Of a DNA stretch of 64,000 bases, positions 47,957-58,616 are shown piece by piece. Origin of the DNA: Nitrosopumilus sp. (lineage in GTDB: Archaea; Thermoproteota; Nitrososphaeria; Nitrososphaerales; Nitrosopumilaceae). The notes below the pieces were generated by a model. It ran no database searches and had not been told where the DNA came from. It saw only the letters and a list, made by a program, of their open reading frames with translations. The DNA lies in contig OZ243974.1 in the NCBI GenBank assembly GCA_965214775.1, forward strand, positions 1,152,001 through 1,216,000, given 5' to 3'. Position numbers and translations under genes: made by a program. Each line of letters begins with the position of its first letter. Positions within the stretch are counted from its first letter, which is position 1.

Positions 47957-50557
47957 TTAAGGGTCTTTGCTAGTCAGTATGGCATACCTGGCATCCCCGT
48001 GCGCCGTATCACCACCCGAGGAGTCTGACAGGTCACCCTCGAACTCTAGGTGCACCAAGAGCGCCATGTCATAAACTCCCATGCACGCATGGTTGCCGAC
48101 AGATCCGGCGGCCATCTCCACGTGACATTCGTGCACATCTGATATGTAGCTCGCAGGCAACCGTGCCGAATATATCATGACATCATCCAGCACGATATCA
48201 TGTGCAGACCACTTGCCGGTGCTACCGGCGCCCACGACAAGCGGATGATCGTTTGCAACGGAGCCGGCCAGCGATGTACTGATCCGGCGCCGGTTGTCGA
48301 TCTGTCCGTCCACGTACACGTCAAGTCCGTCACTGCTTCTGGAGCCATCATAGGTGAACACGACATGGTGCCAGCGGCCGTCGGCCACACTAGAGAACGT
48401 ATCGACGGTGATCCTACCTTGCGCGTCGTCTGCCATCTGAAGCGAAATACCGCCGGCGTGGCCTCCCCACACGATGATGCCCTGCTGTTTGGTCGTGTCG
48501 GCCTTTGAGATGATCGGTGCGTCAGGACTGTCTGGTCTGGGCATTTTGATCCAAAACGCGATGCTGAACGGATCGCCCCCGCCAAGATCGAGGCCGGGCG
48601 CATCTGCCAGTTCTACGTATGCGGTGCCGTCAAGGTGAAGGGCTCTGCCAACGGGGCCATACGTGGGCAGGGAGGCCCATCCTGGCGGGCGCCATTCTGT
48701 CACTTCCACCGTTCGATCGACGCGGGGGTAGATCTTTGATACTATCGGCGTGGACTGAAACGGGATGTCGTATGAGAACATCCAGTGGTTGACACGCGTA
48801 TAGACTTTTACTGGTATCGGCGTGTCCGGTTTTGGAATGCTATGAAACTCGGCCACCCTACTGCCGCCGTCGTATAGCTCTAGATACCGCTGCGACCAAT
48901 CTGCTTCCGGAGACGATGTCACATTGCCGCCGCCGTGATAGGCCTCCAACACGATCCTTTTCCAGCCTATTCTGTCGACAGAGTCTATCATCACGATCTT
49001 TTTGGTTTTTTGCGGCTGCGCGGTGAAAAAATCATATATGTCCATGTCAGAGTGTGCAAGAATGTGGGTGTGTATTAACCGCGATTCCCGAAGCAACTGC
49101 ATGATTATTCCCGCATCAGAGTCGGCATAGTTTTGCAGCGTAAAGGCCAGCGCATCAGTGTACACAGATGTTGCGTCCCAGTGTACAAGTACGCCAGACG
49201 TGGACAGGCCTAATGCCGCGGCCGCAAATACTGCCGCCAGCAGCAGCGCGTTGTTGTACTGCCCCCTCGGGCCCCATCTTCCCGCCGACGCCCTTTCTAT
49301 TCCGCCGCCGATCAGTGCGGCAGCAGCAATACACATCACAGTCCACAGCATGCCCAGATGGAACCACGATACGTATCCGATTGATCCAAAGAACAGCAGA
49401 ACGGGTGCAGTCCAAAGCATCAGAAACCTGCTGCGTGTGACAACCGCAAAGACGAGCCCTGCAGTGCCCAGCGATACCAGAACAGGATCCATCTCGAACA
49501 ATGATATGGCGGCCATCAGCGCGATCGCAGGGCGGGTCAGTATTTCAGAATCCTGGCTCCGCACCAGGTCTATTGGTATGTACTGTTGCAGCAGGTCAAG
49601 CCTGCGCTGGTCGATCCTTTCTGTATGCCACAGGACGTCGTTGATCCACTGATCGGACTGGCCTTCGAGCACCGCAGACGCGGGCCAGACTGCCGCAACC
49701 AGGATTACGGGCGCAAGCCACAGCAGCATCCGCCTTTTTTGTCTCATTCTGCCGGCAGAATATACCAGGAAGAGAACCAGTGGGATCATTACAAGCGAGG
49801 GGATCTTGACGAGTATGGCACATCCCATGCAGACGCCAGACAGGAGGATCAGCAGACACGTCTTGTCGGGATCAGCGGCAGCAGCGGCTCCCTCCCTTGG
49901 GATGGTAACTGATCGAGCTCTGGAATCTGTTTCTGATTTTAGGCACAAATTCCATTTGAACAGCCCTTTTGGTGGCAGAATTCGTCCCTGAACTTCCAGA
50001 TCCCGAGCTGTTGCTTGGGGTGGGCAGCGCGCGTACATGGCAAGCAGGACAGAGGAGAGGACAAACGGGAGGAGGATCGAGTCCAGCAGAACATGTCTGA
50101 GCGTCAGCGATACGGGCATCACCGCAAACAGGACGGCTGCAATCGGTGCGGCCCTGCGCCCAAAACCCCTCTCGGCTATCTTGTAGATCAGAAAGGTATC
50201 TAGGATCGCAAGCAGGCCCATGAGGATGCGCGGGCCCCCGTAAAGCATGTCAAGCGAGGACACATCCTCTAATGTGACAAAGGAGTCGGGATATCCGGTG
50301 GCATACATGAATCCTGCCAGTATCGTCCAGCCAAGGAACGGGTGGTCGTACCTGTCGTGCAATATGTCGTAATTCATGGCGTCTAGGGCCCGTTCCGTAT
50401 AGGCCGTCTCATCTACGTGCCACGGTGGAAATCCTGCCGGGTTCCACAGGTGCGTATATCCAGAAAGCACCAGTATGACCGCAAGCAGGAGTAGATGCCC
50501 GTGCCCTGACAGGAGGAGGCGACCCGTGCGAAAAGTGGCATGTCTGAGGCCAAGCAT
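47957..50557 (-). CDS. GT-C (PMT/ArnT-like) integral membrane glycosyltransferase fused to a C-terminal LamG domain
   Basis: DE..Y and YDHPFLG motifs; many TM helices; FSIAFWIK, DGRWHHVVFTYDG and YVDG. Confidence 0.85.
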   Translation of the reverse strand: MLGLRHATFRTGRLLLSGHGHLLLLAVILVLSGYTHLWNPAGFPPWHVDETAYTERALDAMNYDILHDRYDHPFLGWTILAGFMYATGYPDSFVTLEDVSSLDMLYGGPRILMGLLAILDTFLIYKIAERGFGRRAAPIAAVLFAVMPVSLTLRHVLLDSILLPFVLSSVLLAMYARCPPQATARDLEVQGRILPPKGLFKWNLCLKSETDSRARSVTIPREGAAAAADPDKTCLLILLSGVCMGCAILVKIPSLVMIPLVLFLVYSAGRMRQKRRMLLWLAPVILVAAVWPASAVLEGQSDQWINDVLWHTERIDQRRLDLLQQYIPIDLVRSQDSEILTRPAIALMAAISLFEMDPVLVSLGTAGLVFAVVTRSRFLMLWTAPVLLFFGSIGYVSWFHLGMLWTVMCIAAAALIGGGIERASAGRWGPRGQYNNALLLAAVFAAAALGLSTSGVLVHWDATSVYTDALAFTLQNYADSDAGIIMQLLRESRLIHTHILAHSDMDIYDFFTAQPQKTKKIVMIDSVDRIGWKRIVLEAYHGGGNVTSSPEADWSQRYLELYDGGSRVAEFHSIPKPDTPIPVKVYTRVNHWMFSYDIPFQSTPIVSKIYPRVDRTVEVTEWRPPGWASLPTYGPVGRALHLDGTAYVELADAPGLDLGGGDPFSIAFWIKMPRPDSPDAPIISKADTTKQQGIIVWGGHAGGISLQMADDAQGRITVDTFSSVADGRWHHVVFTYDGSRSSDGLDVYVDGQIDNRRRISTSLAGSVANDHPLVVGAGSTGKWSAHDIVLDDVMIYSARLPASYISDVHECHVEMAAGSVGNHACMGVYDMALLVHLEFEGDLSDSSGGDTAHGDARYAILTSKDP

Positions 50558-50726
50558 GGGCTATTTTCTACCCGTCGGCCAAATAACGGTTTGGAGGCAG
50601 GGGCATGGGATCACGTCTCCTTACTGCCATGCATGCGAGTCATTACACTGAGTTGAAGGGTGTTTTTGACAAATTCTGAATTTTCAATAAGGTGTAAAGC
50701 TAGGCTGGTGCTGTTGACAAAACTAA

Positions 50727-51113
50727 TCATCTGATACTTTTTGCATCTTGGTTTTCCCTATGCATTTTTTTGGCAAAGTATTCCTTAATCATCTCAAATC
50801 CAAGATAGTATCTGCCCATCTCTTCTCTGATTGCTGTCACCTGACCCGAATCCAAAAAAGGATCTAAAACCAGATCATTGGGCTTGCTTGTGTATTGAAG
50901 AATCTTTTTGATTGTCTCAGAGGATAATTTGGCAGGTGTCTTCTTTTCATTCTTCCAATACTCGCGCTTGATATCCCATACGTCTTCCATGTCTCTATAC
51001 CTTTCACTGTCGTATGCTGTACGAAAAGTAGTTCCCCCCTTATTCGAACGTGTAAAGTCGGCCAAGATCAGATGCACAAACTTCATGCATGGAATTGGAA
51101 ACAAGGGTGTCAC
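50727..51113 (-). pseudogene. N4/N6 DNA methyltransferase C-terminal fragment
   Basis: DVWDI, PAKL, LVLDPF..SG and GFE motifs; DPPY region absent. Confidence 0.75.
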
Positions 51114-51225
51114 GCATTCAATTCTGCTTGGGGACTATCCTATTACTCATGATTTTCATATCTGTTCAGCAATGATCAGGCAGGCCACAGAATTAACTCT
51201 CAGGGGCTAACCTGTTACGTTGCAA

Positions 51226-52170
51226 TCATTCCTTGGATGTTTTCCTTAACCTGTACAATATCTCCTCCTGTAATACTGACTGCCTGCTCAATATGGAGGA
51301 TATGACGATCATCAGCGAGGATATCGAGGCAGTTATCAGAAAAAGCGAGGCCAGCGCCATTGTGGGATAGTGTGGCCGGATCTGTCCGGTCTCCCCAAAA
51401 TGGACAAGCAGGAAAACGGACAGCCAGATGCCAAAGGCAAACAGGATGGCCGCGATAATACCAAAAAACCTTGCTGACTTGTAAAAGATCACCGTGGAGA
51501 TGATCAGGGATACGGTTTCTACCGCATACATGAAGATACTTGAGACAAGCTTGGATTTGCCTGCCTGCCTCTTCCGAAACACTACGGGAACCTCGACTAT
51601 TGTCAGTCCCTTGAAGCTTGCCTGCAACAGCGTTTCCTGCGTGTAGGTGTAACTCGAAAATATGTGCAGCTTTGCAATCGCATAGCGGTTAAATGCTCTA
51701 AATCCGGTTTGTGCGTCGTTGATTCTTTTGCCCATTATGCGTGAAACCGTCTTGGATACCAGTCTGTTTCCGATCCTTTTTTGCAGAGGCATGTGTTCAA
51801 GCCTGTGAACCTGCCTGTCGCCCAGAACAATGTCTGCCTTGCTGTCTATTATTGGCTTTAAAATGACGGGTATTTGTGCCGGGTCGTACTGATCGTCGGC
51901 ATCCAACGTAACCATAATGTCTGCCTTGAGTTCTAGACACTTGGAAAAACCAAACGATACGGCTCGTGCAAGCCCGTTGTTTTTTTCAAAGGAGTACACG
52001 ATCGCGCCTGCGTCCCTTGCAGTCTTTTCGGTGCCGTCCGTAGAACCGTCATTGATTACAACGACGGATATCTCGGCAATGTATGGGATTGACTTTGGTA
52101 TTGCCGCAATGACGTTTCCTATTGTAGACTCCTCGTTGTACGCCGGGATTAATACAACCAGTCTCATCAT
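51226..52170 (-). CDS. GT2 polyprenol-phosphate glycosyltransferase (DPM1/GtrB-like) with C-terminal TM helices
   Basis: IPAYNEE, NDGSTD, LDADDQY and DAQTGFRAF motifs. Confidence 0.9.
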   Translation of the reverse strand: MMRLVVLIPAYNEESTIGNVIAAIPKSIPYIAEISVVVINDGSTDGTEKTARDAGAIVYSFEKNNGLARAVSFGFSKCLELKADIMVTLDADDQYDPAQIPVILKPIIDSKADIVLGDRQVHRLEHMPLQKRIGNRLVSKTVSRIMGKRINDAQTGFRAFNRYAIAKLHIFSSYTYTQETLLQASFKGLTIVEVPVVFRKRQAGKSKLVSSIFMYAVETVSLIISTVIFYKSARFFGIIAAILFAFGIWLSVFLLVHFGETGQIRPHYPTMALASLFLITASISSLMIVISSILSRQSVLQEEILYRLRKTSKE

Positions 52171-52598
52171 GACATGTCGGCACCATCCAAAATATAAGCT
52201 TTGGAATTTTTCGGTTGTACTGTGTTCCCTCCCACTGCAATCAGGCATGAGTCTGCCCGGGAGGTCTCCGAGGTGGCAAAACTCACATCTGAACTTCCAT
52301 GACCCGAGCTGTTGTGTCTTGATCTCGGCGATTACACGGGCATCCCAGAGAGAGCGCATATGGCATCTGATGATTCAGGGGCTAGGAAGAGCTTCCAAGT
52401 GCTTAACTTCAAGTGGACCAAAGAGTTGCTGAATTTTATGAGTGGAATAGTCGACGGCAAGACATGTTGCTCCAAACTCACCAAACTTCAAAACTCTACA
52501 TTTTATTAAGACAGGAATCATGACGACGCACCTAGAAATTGAGACGCTCTCAAGCGACCACAGCAACAAGTCTCTCTTTAAGAGTCAAAGTACAAGAC

Positions 52599-52720
52599 CA
52601 GTCTTTCCAAAAGTAATCCATAAAACGATTCTAAAACTCGAAACAGTTCAAACCAAGCTGCCTGCAGATTCACATATGGCCGTCTGCGCCGCGATGAGTC
52701 GGGTACATTTGGGAAGACTG
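52599..52720. mobile_element. CAGTCTTCCC-family MITE (degenerate)
   Basis: Ends CAGTCTTTCCAAAAGTA / TACATTTGGGAAGACTG. Confidence 0.7.
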
Positions 52721-52825
52721 AAGACTGAATGGCAAAAAGGCGGTGACTCCACTCAAGGCAACAGATCTCATGACTGGGATTCTACCTAACGCTATTATAT
52801 TGCATGCATACTGCATGTACCACGC

Positions 52826-53821
52826 ATGCAGCTGTCAGAGGATGTGATGGTGTCGATCGTAATTCCCGTCTATAACGGAAGGCGGTTCATCAGAAGTGCC
52901 TTGGAATCCGCGCTGGGCCAGACCTATGGCAACGTGGAGGTCGTCGTAGTGGACGACGGTTCAGACGACGGCACCGAGACGATCCTAGAAAGGCAGTACA
53001 AGGGAGGGATAACCCTGGTTACACATGAGGGCAACAAGGGGCTTGCGTTTGCGCGCAACAGCGGCATAAGGCATGCCGGGGGGATGTTCGTCCTGTTTCT
53101 TGATTCGGACGACATCCTGGCTCCTGACGCAGTAGAGCAGATGGTGCAGGCCGCAAAAAAGGCAGACGATCCTGACAACACTGTGTTTGTTTCGTGTAGT
53201 TGGAGCATACGCGAGAATGATGGCTATCCCGTGCCCATAATACCTCGAAAGACAACCGCGGACAAGATCAAATCCGTTGTAAGCGAAGGATTTGCGCCCG
53301 GATGCTTTTTTACTGCCAGAGACATATTTGAAAAGTACGGATATTTCAGAGAGGATATTGCCATTGCAGAGGACTTGGAGATGATCTCGCGGCTGTATCT
53401 CCTGTGCAACGTGGATGTCTGCATAATAAAAAGAATGTTGTGGATACGCAGAATACACGACGACAGCTTCACCCACCGCGAGTCTGATGAGGAAATCCAC
53501 TCAAAACGCCAGATAACGTACAGGATAATAGCAGACGGGCTGGATCCAGAGTCTGCCAAGGCGTTTCTGTCTGCGTGCAGAATGGAGAGACAAAAGAGGG
53601 TTGACAGGCTAGAAACGGAGAGAGTAAGGGAGGCGGGAAATGCAAACCGGATCCGATCCAAGATGCGTAGGACAGTGATGGGCAGTATGCTCCTAAGAAG
53701 ACTATACATGTACATGTCTGGCCTCCTAAACAGCAGGATACTGGAGGAGAGGCTGCGGCGTAGCGGTGTTGATAGCGGAAGGTTTACGGCACGCTACGTC
53801 GCCGAATCCAAGTTCTTTTAG
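52826..53821 (+). CDS. GT2 glycosyltransferase
   Basis: IVIPVYN, VDDGSDD, ARNSG, FLDSDD and ED motifs. Confidence 0.92.
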   Translation: MQLSEDVMVSIVIPVYNGRRFIRSALESALGQTYGNVEVVVVDDGSDDGTETILERQYKGGITLVTHEGNKGLAFARNSGIRHAGGMFVLFLDSDDILAPDAVEQMVQAAKKADDPDNTVFVSCSWSIRENDGYPVPIIPRKTTADKIKSVVSEGFAPGCFFTARDIFEKYGYFREDIAIAEDLEMISRLYLLCNVDVCIIKRMLWIRRIHDDSFTHRESDEEIHSKRQITYRIIADGLDPESAKAFLSACRMERQKRVDRLETERVREAGNANRIRSKMRRTVMGSMLLRRLYMYMSGLLNSRILEERLRRSGVDSGRFTARYVAESKFF

Positions 53822-53868
53822 CGGTACAACATCGGGTTCTGTTTATGCTGACAGGCAAACATTTCCTG

Positions 53869-54003
53869 AGAGGTGATCTGAAATTAGAAGCCGTATGAAT
53901 TTTTCAAGTGGTTTCACAGGTAACTTGCATTTTGTTGGCGTTCTGAGCCGTTCCATACAAATTCGTTCACAAATAATCAGTATGCTAATTTCGAATCAAC
54001 TCT
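53869..54003. mobile_element. AGAGGTGATC-family MITE, copy 3
   Basis: Homologous to 11061-11197; TSD CTG. Confidence 0.85.
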
Positions 54004-54227
54004 CTGGGGCGGCAGGATCTCTTTGTGTTTGGCAGGAATTTGCCTCCCTCCGGTTCTATGAATTCTGTCTGCTTTCTCATGCATGTGCGTATGGCTTGGC
54101 CGATCTTGGATCCTTGGGTCACAGTTGCTAAAATTATACGTTTTTTATGAGTTGACTACGTCCGAAAATTCAGTCCAGTCTCCTCAGCTGGAACTATGAA
54201 GTGCCAAGCCGGGTGGCGTGACGCCCG

Positions 54228-54350
54228 TCACTCTGCCCTGATTTCCTTGACGATCTTGATGAACTTTTCGGCGGCCACGACGTTGTCCCAGCTGTCCTGC
54301 ACGAATCTGCGTCCCTGCCTGCCCATGTCCCGCGCCCTTTCTGCGTCGTC
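54228..54350 (-). pseudogene. C-terminal remnant of a GT4 gene
   Basis: DDAERARDMGRQGRRFVQDSW...AEKFIKIVKEIRAE* resembles the C-terminus of the GT4 at 54732-55952. Confidence 0.65.
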
Positions 54351-54606
54351 TATAGCAACGGGCAGAAGTCTTTGAGTCAAAGTAGGTCATAACTACACGT
54401 AAAAAACCTCAATTATTTCTGCTCGTTGCTATAGCACAAACATCAGCACCATGATCTTCTTGTAGACTTTGACATCCTTTTCCTTGCGCATGGCCTCTGA
54501 CAGGCTTTTGTCTGTTTCTTTTGCCATGCATACTGCGCCAGTTGTGTGATCATTATACTTTTCGAATGACCTTGTTTTGGCTCAAAGACTTATGCTCGTT
54601 GCTATA
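54351..54606. mobile_element. 83-bp IS630-type MITE (54351-54433) plus truncated parental IS630 left end
   Basis: TIR TATAGCAACG; minus strand reads MAKETDKSLSEAMRKEKDVKVYKKIM; third TIR at ~54590-54606. Confidence 0.78.
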
Positions 54607-54731
54607 ATGATTCTAGATCTGGATCGATTACGCATAAAATCTAATCCCATCAGTTTGATTTGCACATTTTTGAATTTTTTTGTGCACCTCGTCCGGATAG
54701 CACAGCGTGTCCTTTGGCAATTCTGATGAAT

Positions 54732-55952
54732 TCAGCCACAATCATCATCCCGTAGCGTCTTGATTGCATCGCAGAACTCGCGCACCATCACTTGAACGGA
54801 CATGCTTTTTTCAACATGCCTCCGTCCCTCCCTTCCCATCCTGTCCATCATCTCAGGATCGCCAAGCAGCATCTCGATCTTTTCCTTCCATGATGCATGA
54901 TCCCCCGGATTTACCAGGAATCCGCTCTTGTTCTCCAGCAGTGTCTCCGGGATTCCCCCGACCTTGGTGGCAATCACCGGTTTTTGCAGCAGCTGCGCCT
55001 CTAGCACAGTTGATACAAACCCGTCCATTCCGCTGGCAAGACCGTATATGTCAACTGAGGATAGAAACTCCCTTATCCCGTCCGGGTATTTCATCCATCC
55101 AAGATGCCTAAAGTTCTCATACCTGTCCAGTTTTGACAGGACTATGTCCTCAAACCACCCGCCCCCTGCCCAGTAGAATGTGACCTCTGGCATCGACGCT
55201 ATGACGTTTTCCAAGGTAAGCATCTCCCTTGCCTTTCCAAGCACGTCTGCCTTTTGCACAAGCCCTACGCACGGATGCCTCAGATCCATACTCTTCCTTG
55301 CGGGGCGCATGGTCTCAGCATTGATGCATAAATGCACTGTTGAAATCCTTTTGTGCGGGAACCGCGCCCTTGTCAGATTTTCCATGTATTTGGAATGTGT
55401 CAGTACCAGTTTGGCACCATCTATGCATCTGCGGACAGTTACCAGGCTATCACGTATGCTTGTCTTGGCATCAGAAAATGTCAGATTGGATGTAGTCTCC
55501 TGCTGCCTTCCAATAAATCGAGTCAGATGTCTTATGACAGCAGTATAGAGCGTCGAGTCAGATGCCGTATCCAGCTCCGCCCTTTGGATGAGGCGCCGCC
55601 GAAGAAGGGCCGCATCATAGAGCGTCGAGTCAGATGCCGCCTGCAGCTCCGTTTCTGCCTCGCTCCAGAAATCCCCCTTCACACAGTATATCAGGGGAAT
55701 GCCTTCCCTGATTGCCGACAACCCAAAGTGATGCCTCATATCAGTCATGACAAAATCGGGCCGGAATTCTGCAACAAGCGACTTGAATTTTTTTCTTCCA
55801 GAGAAATAATCACTGTCTGGAATATTAGAGTATCCGTCAAATTTTTTGTTGTTGCTGATCATCCTGCAACGAATGCCGTGTTTTGACAGCTCCTTGCCAA
55901 ACTCTACAAAGCGGAAAAACGTCGGATCCGAGCCGTTAAGTAACAGTCTCAC
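54732..55952 (-). CDS. GT4 glycosyltransferase
   Basis: DGF..TVLEAQ...KPVIATKVGGIPE and SGFLV motifs. Confidence 0.92.
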   Translation of the reverse strand: MRLLLNGSDPTFFRFVEFGKELSKHGIRCRMISNNKKFDGYSNIPDSDYFSGRKKFKSLVAEFRPDFVMTDMRHHFGLSAIREGIPLIYCVKGDFWSEAETELQAASDSTLYDAALLRRRLIQRAELDTASDSTLYTAVIRHLTRFIGRQQETTSNLTFSDAKTSIRDSLVTVRRCIDGAKLVLTHSKYMENLTRARFPHKRISTVHLCINAETMRPARKSMDLRHPCVGLVQKADVLGKAREMLTLENVIASMPEVTFYWAGGGWFEDIVLSKLDRYENFRHLGWMKYPDGIREFLSSVDIYGLASGMDGFVSTVLEAQLLQKPVIATKVGGIPETLLENKSGFLVNPGDHASWKEKIEMLLGDPEMMDRMGREGRRHVEKSMSVQVMVREFCDAIKTLRDDDCG

Positions 55953-56231
55953 ACTGCATTGTCCATACTCACGGATTATTAACGTAGTGCGATAGCAGTC
56001 TTCCCAAGTTCCACGTAAAACGGCTCCAAACCGTGAAACAGCTCCTGTATCAAATTATGCTGATTCCCAGCTAAGTGAAAAGGTAAGAGAGTATAAAATG
56101 ATGGAATGTCTAGCAGATGCGTCTGACTGAAAAACGCACACTCGCAGCGGCCCGTGCAGGGAATCAGCATAATTTGATATGGAAGTTTACCCCCTCCCGA
56201 AAATACGACGCGGTAGGCACGGTGATCAATA

Positions 56232-57320
56232 CTGACGATCATTGAAAATTTCGCCTGATTACACACGGCGCTCAAGATATTTGTAGATGTCAACCTTGAT
56301 GGAACACGTCCTAAAGTATTCCGAGACATCCCTTTTGAGGTGATCTGCCGAATCGTAAAAGGCAGATGTGACCAGTATGTACTTGGCATCCTTCCAAATT
56401 GGCTCTATGGCGCTCAGCTCCGGCCTGGCTACCGGCAGGTACAGCAGGATAACGTCGGGATTTTTCTCCAGGTACATGCGGACCCTTCCGGTCCTATGCT
56501 GTGCTGCGTTGTCCATCACAATCAGAACCTTTCCCCACTTTTTGCGCGCCTGCTTGAGATAACGCACAAAGTTTATGCTGTTGAACTTGTCGTATGTACG
56601 CATCAGCCTGGTTCCGTCGTCTGCAACCGTTCCGTATACCACGACGCGCTCCCTTCTGCCGGATCGTTGCACCTCGATTCTGTCCCCCACTGGCGACCAG
56701 AACTTTTTGCCGTCCCTTCCCGTACTGACGAATATCGACTCGTCCTGTACGGTTATCCTGAATCCGCGCCTTTTTGCAAGCCTAATCGTGTCTTTTGCCT
56801 CCCTTTGCCATCGTCTTACCTCCTTTGCGTCGGCAGCATCTGCCAGCTTGGTAGTTGACGTCTTTAGCGAGAATCCCATCGTGCGCAGGATTCTTCTGAT
56901 GCTTCCAACGCTGTATGTTACATGCAGTTTGCGGCGCACCCAGTTGCGCATCTTCTTTGGGGTGAGCTTTTCCATCCTGCGCAGCCTCATGGCGATCTTT
57001 TTTATCCTGTTGATTGGAACCTTTGGCTTTTTGCCCCTGTTGGGGGAGTCACGGAGACCGTCAACGCCGTCAAGCTCAAACCTCTCAACCCACATCTGTA
57101 CGGTACGCTGTGTCACGTCGGCAATCTCTGCGGTCTGTGCAGTGGTGTTGCCAAGCAGTACGGAGCGCACCGCCAGGATTCTGGTATAAACCCTGTTATC
57201 CTTTTCTACATGCATGGCGTCCGTGAGGATTTTCGTCTTGTTCATGTCAGAAGGGCCATGGCGGAGATCTATAAACCTTCACAAGACGTGTAATCAGGCG
57301 AAATTTTCAATGATCGTCAG
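56232..57320 (-). mobile_element. IS630-family element B, intact
   Basis: Long TIRs and TA TSD. Confidence 0.93.
56259..57245 (-). CDS. IS630 transposase
   Basis: QDES, MDNAAQH and LPVARPELSAIE motifs. Confidence 0.92.
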   Translation of the reverse strand: MNKTKILTDAMHVEKDNRVYTRILAVRSVLLGNTTAQTAEIADVTQRTVQMWVERFELDGVDGLRDSPNRGKKPKVPINRIKKIAMRLRRMEKLTPKKMRNWVRRKLHVTYSVGSIRRILRTMGFSLKTSTTKLADAADAKEVRRWQREAKDTIRLAKRRGFRITVQDESIFVSTGRDGKKFWSPVGDRIEVQRSGRRERVVVYGTVADDGTRLMRTYDKFNSINFVRYLKQARKKWGKVLIVMDNAAQHRTGRVRMYLEKNPDVILLYLPVARPELSAIEPIWKDAKYILVTSAFYDSADHLKRDVSEYFRTCSIKVDIYKYLERRV

Positions 57321-57937
57321 TAAAGGCTCCGGCCAGCAGTGTGCACAGTTGAAATCCGGACATTTTTTATCAAAATAGGCACGATATGTCAAAGTTACGG
57401 TCCGTTTTTTTGATGTGCGCACTACAGCAACAGCAGCAGTAGTCCCGCCGTCATGCTGCTGGTGCTGCCTGTGGCATTTTGAGGCCTGCCTGCGAAGATG
57501 CGTCACGGCAGACCTGACAAACATCTTCCTATCAGACATGAGGCTTAGCACGCGCAGTACGTCGGCATGGCCGTACACCACGTTGTGACTCTGAGACTGC
57601 CATTCCGAGCTTGGGGAACCGCCGTCGCAATGTTTTAAATTGCCGTGATGCTATGTCGTACTGGTGTGCAAACACATCGTTTTGTATTGGTATCATCATG
57701 ACTATGTTTGACACACCTTCTGATCTAAGATCGTAATGGTCAAAAAATCTCGGCAAATTACGTAATTGTTGTGCCTGAAAAAGTACATCTAGGAACTCCC
57801 ATATGAAATCGTACCTACTGACATGCATAAGAAGGGTTGATTCATCACCCTGACTACGGCGGGGGTGTTTTTATCATGTGTTCAACAAACTACGGCTAGC
57901 TTGTGGTTTATATGATGAAATGATTTTCGGATACTAG

Positions 57938-58318
57938 ATGAAGTACCGTCTGTTGAATCCAAACCGGATCTATCTTTACCTGCGTCAGGGGTGGATGGTA
58001 ATAGCTCCAGTATTTGGCTTTGGCAACTTTATAATGCTGATTTATCTTACACTGACATTTGATGTTCCACTGTACGTGTTTGCGCCGCTGATGGCAGCTC
58101 CGATATTGATAGGACTGGTCTTTATAGGCAAGGTATTCAGAGACAAGCAACAGCCAGTAGACACCAGTATGAACTATTTCCGATCACTGGAGATGCTGCA
58201 CACCGAATACATCCTGTGGGAACAGATCGGCAGAATCTGCAAAAACGATGGAATACCTCTCAATGAGGAGTTTGTCAGGCGTCTTGACGTGTTGAAAAAG
58301 GCGGTAAAGAAGAAATAA
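57938..58318 (+). CDS. Small two-TM hypothetical membrane protein
   Basis: Two hydrophobic helices; TTTATA box about 25 nt upstream of the ATG. Confidence 0.65.
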   Translation: MKYRLLNPNRIYLYLRQGWMVIAPVFGFGNFIMLIYLTLTFDVPLYVFAPLMAAPILIGLVFIGKVFRDKQQPVDTSMNYFRSLEMLHTEYILWEQIGRICKNDGIPLNEEFVRRLDVLKKAVKKK

Positions 58319-58349
58319 AACTACCATAAGACGCCATTGCATGCGCCTG

Positions 58350-58603
58350 CGACCGGAACCGGTGCCGGGATCCTTGCCTCTTTGCTCCCTGAACTTCTTT
58401 CCGGCCATATTGTATAATGACGATATGGACGTGGGCATGTTGGGACTCTCATACATGGCAAGCTTTGCCCGGAGCTCGGAGTTCTCCTTTTTGATGTCAG
58501 AGTTCTCCTTTTCCAGCTCGGAGATCTTCTCATCCCGCTCCTTGATCATGACAAGTGCCTTTGCAGGATCCATATGGTGTGCAGGCGTAGATTTGGAGTC
58601 CAT
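58350..58603 (-). pseudogene. IS66 transposase N-terminal fragment
   Basis: Coiled coil followed by YESPNMPTS, similar to the N-terminus of the ORF at 2626. Confidence 0.65.
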
Positions 58604-58616
58604 GTGTTACATCAAA

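Noticed and set aside
52171-52359. N-terminal extension of the GT2 ORF
   Set aside because: It derives from the palindromic repeat; GT2 homology begins at MMRLVVLIP (52170).
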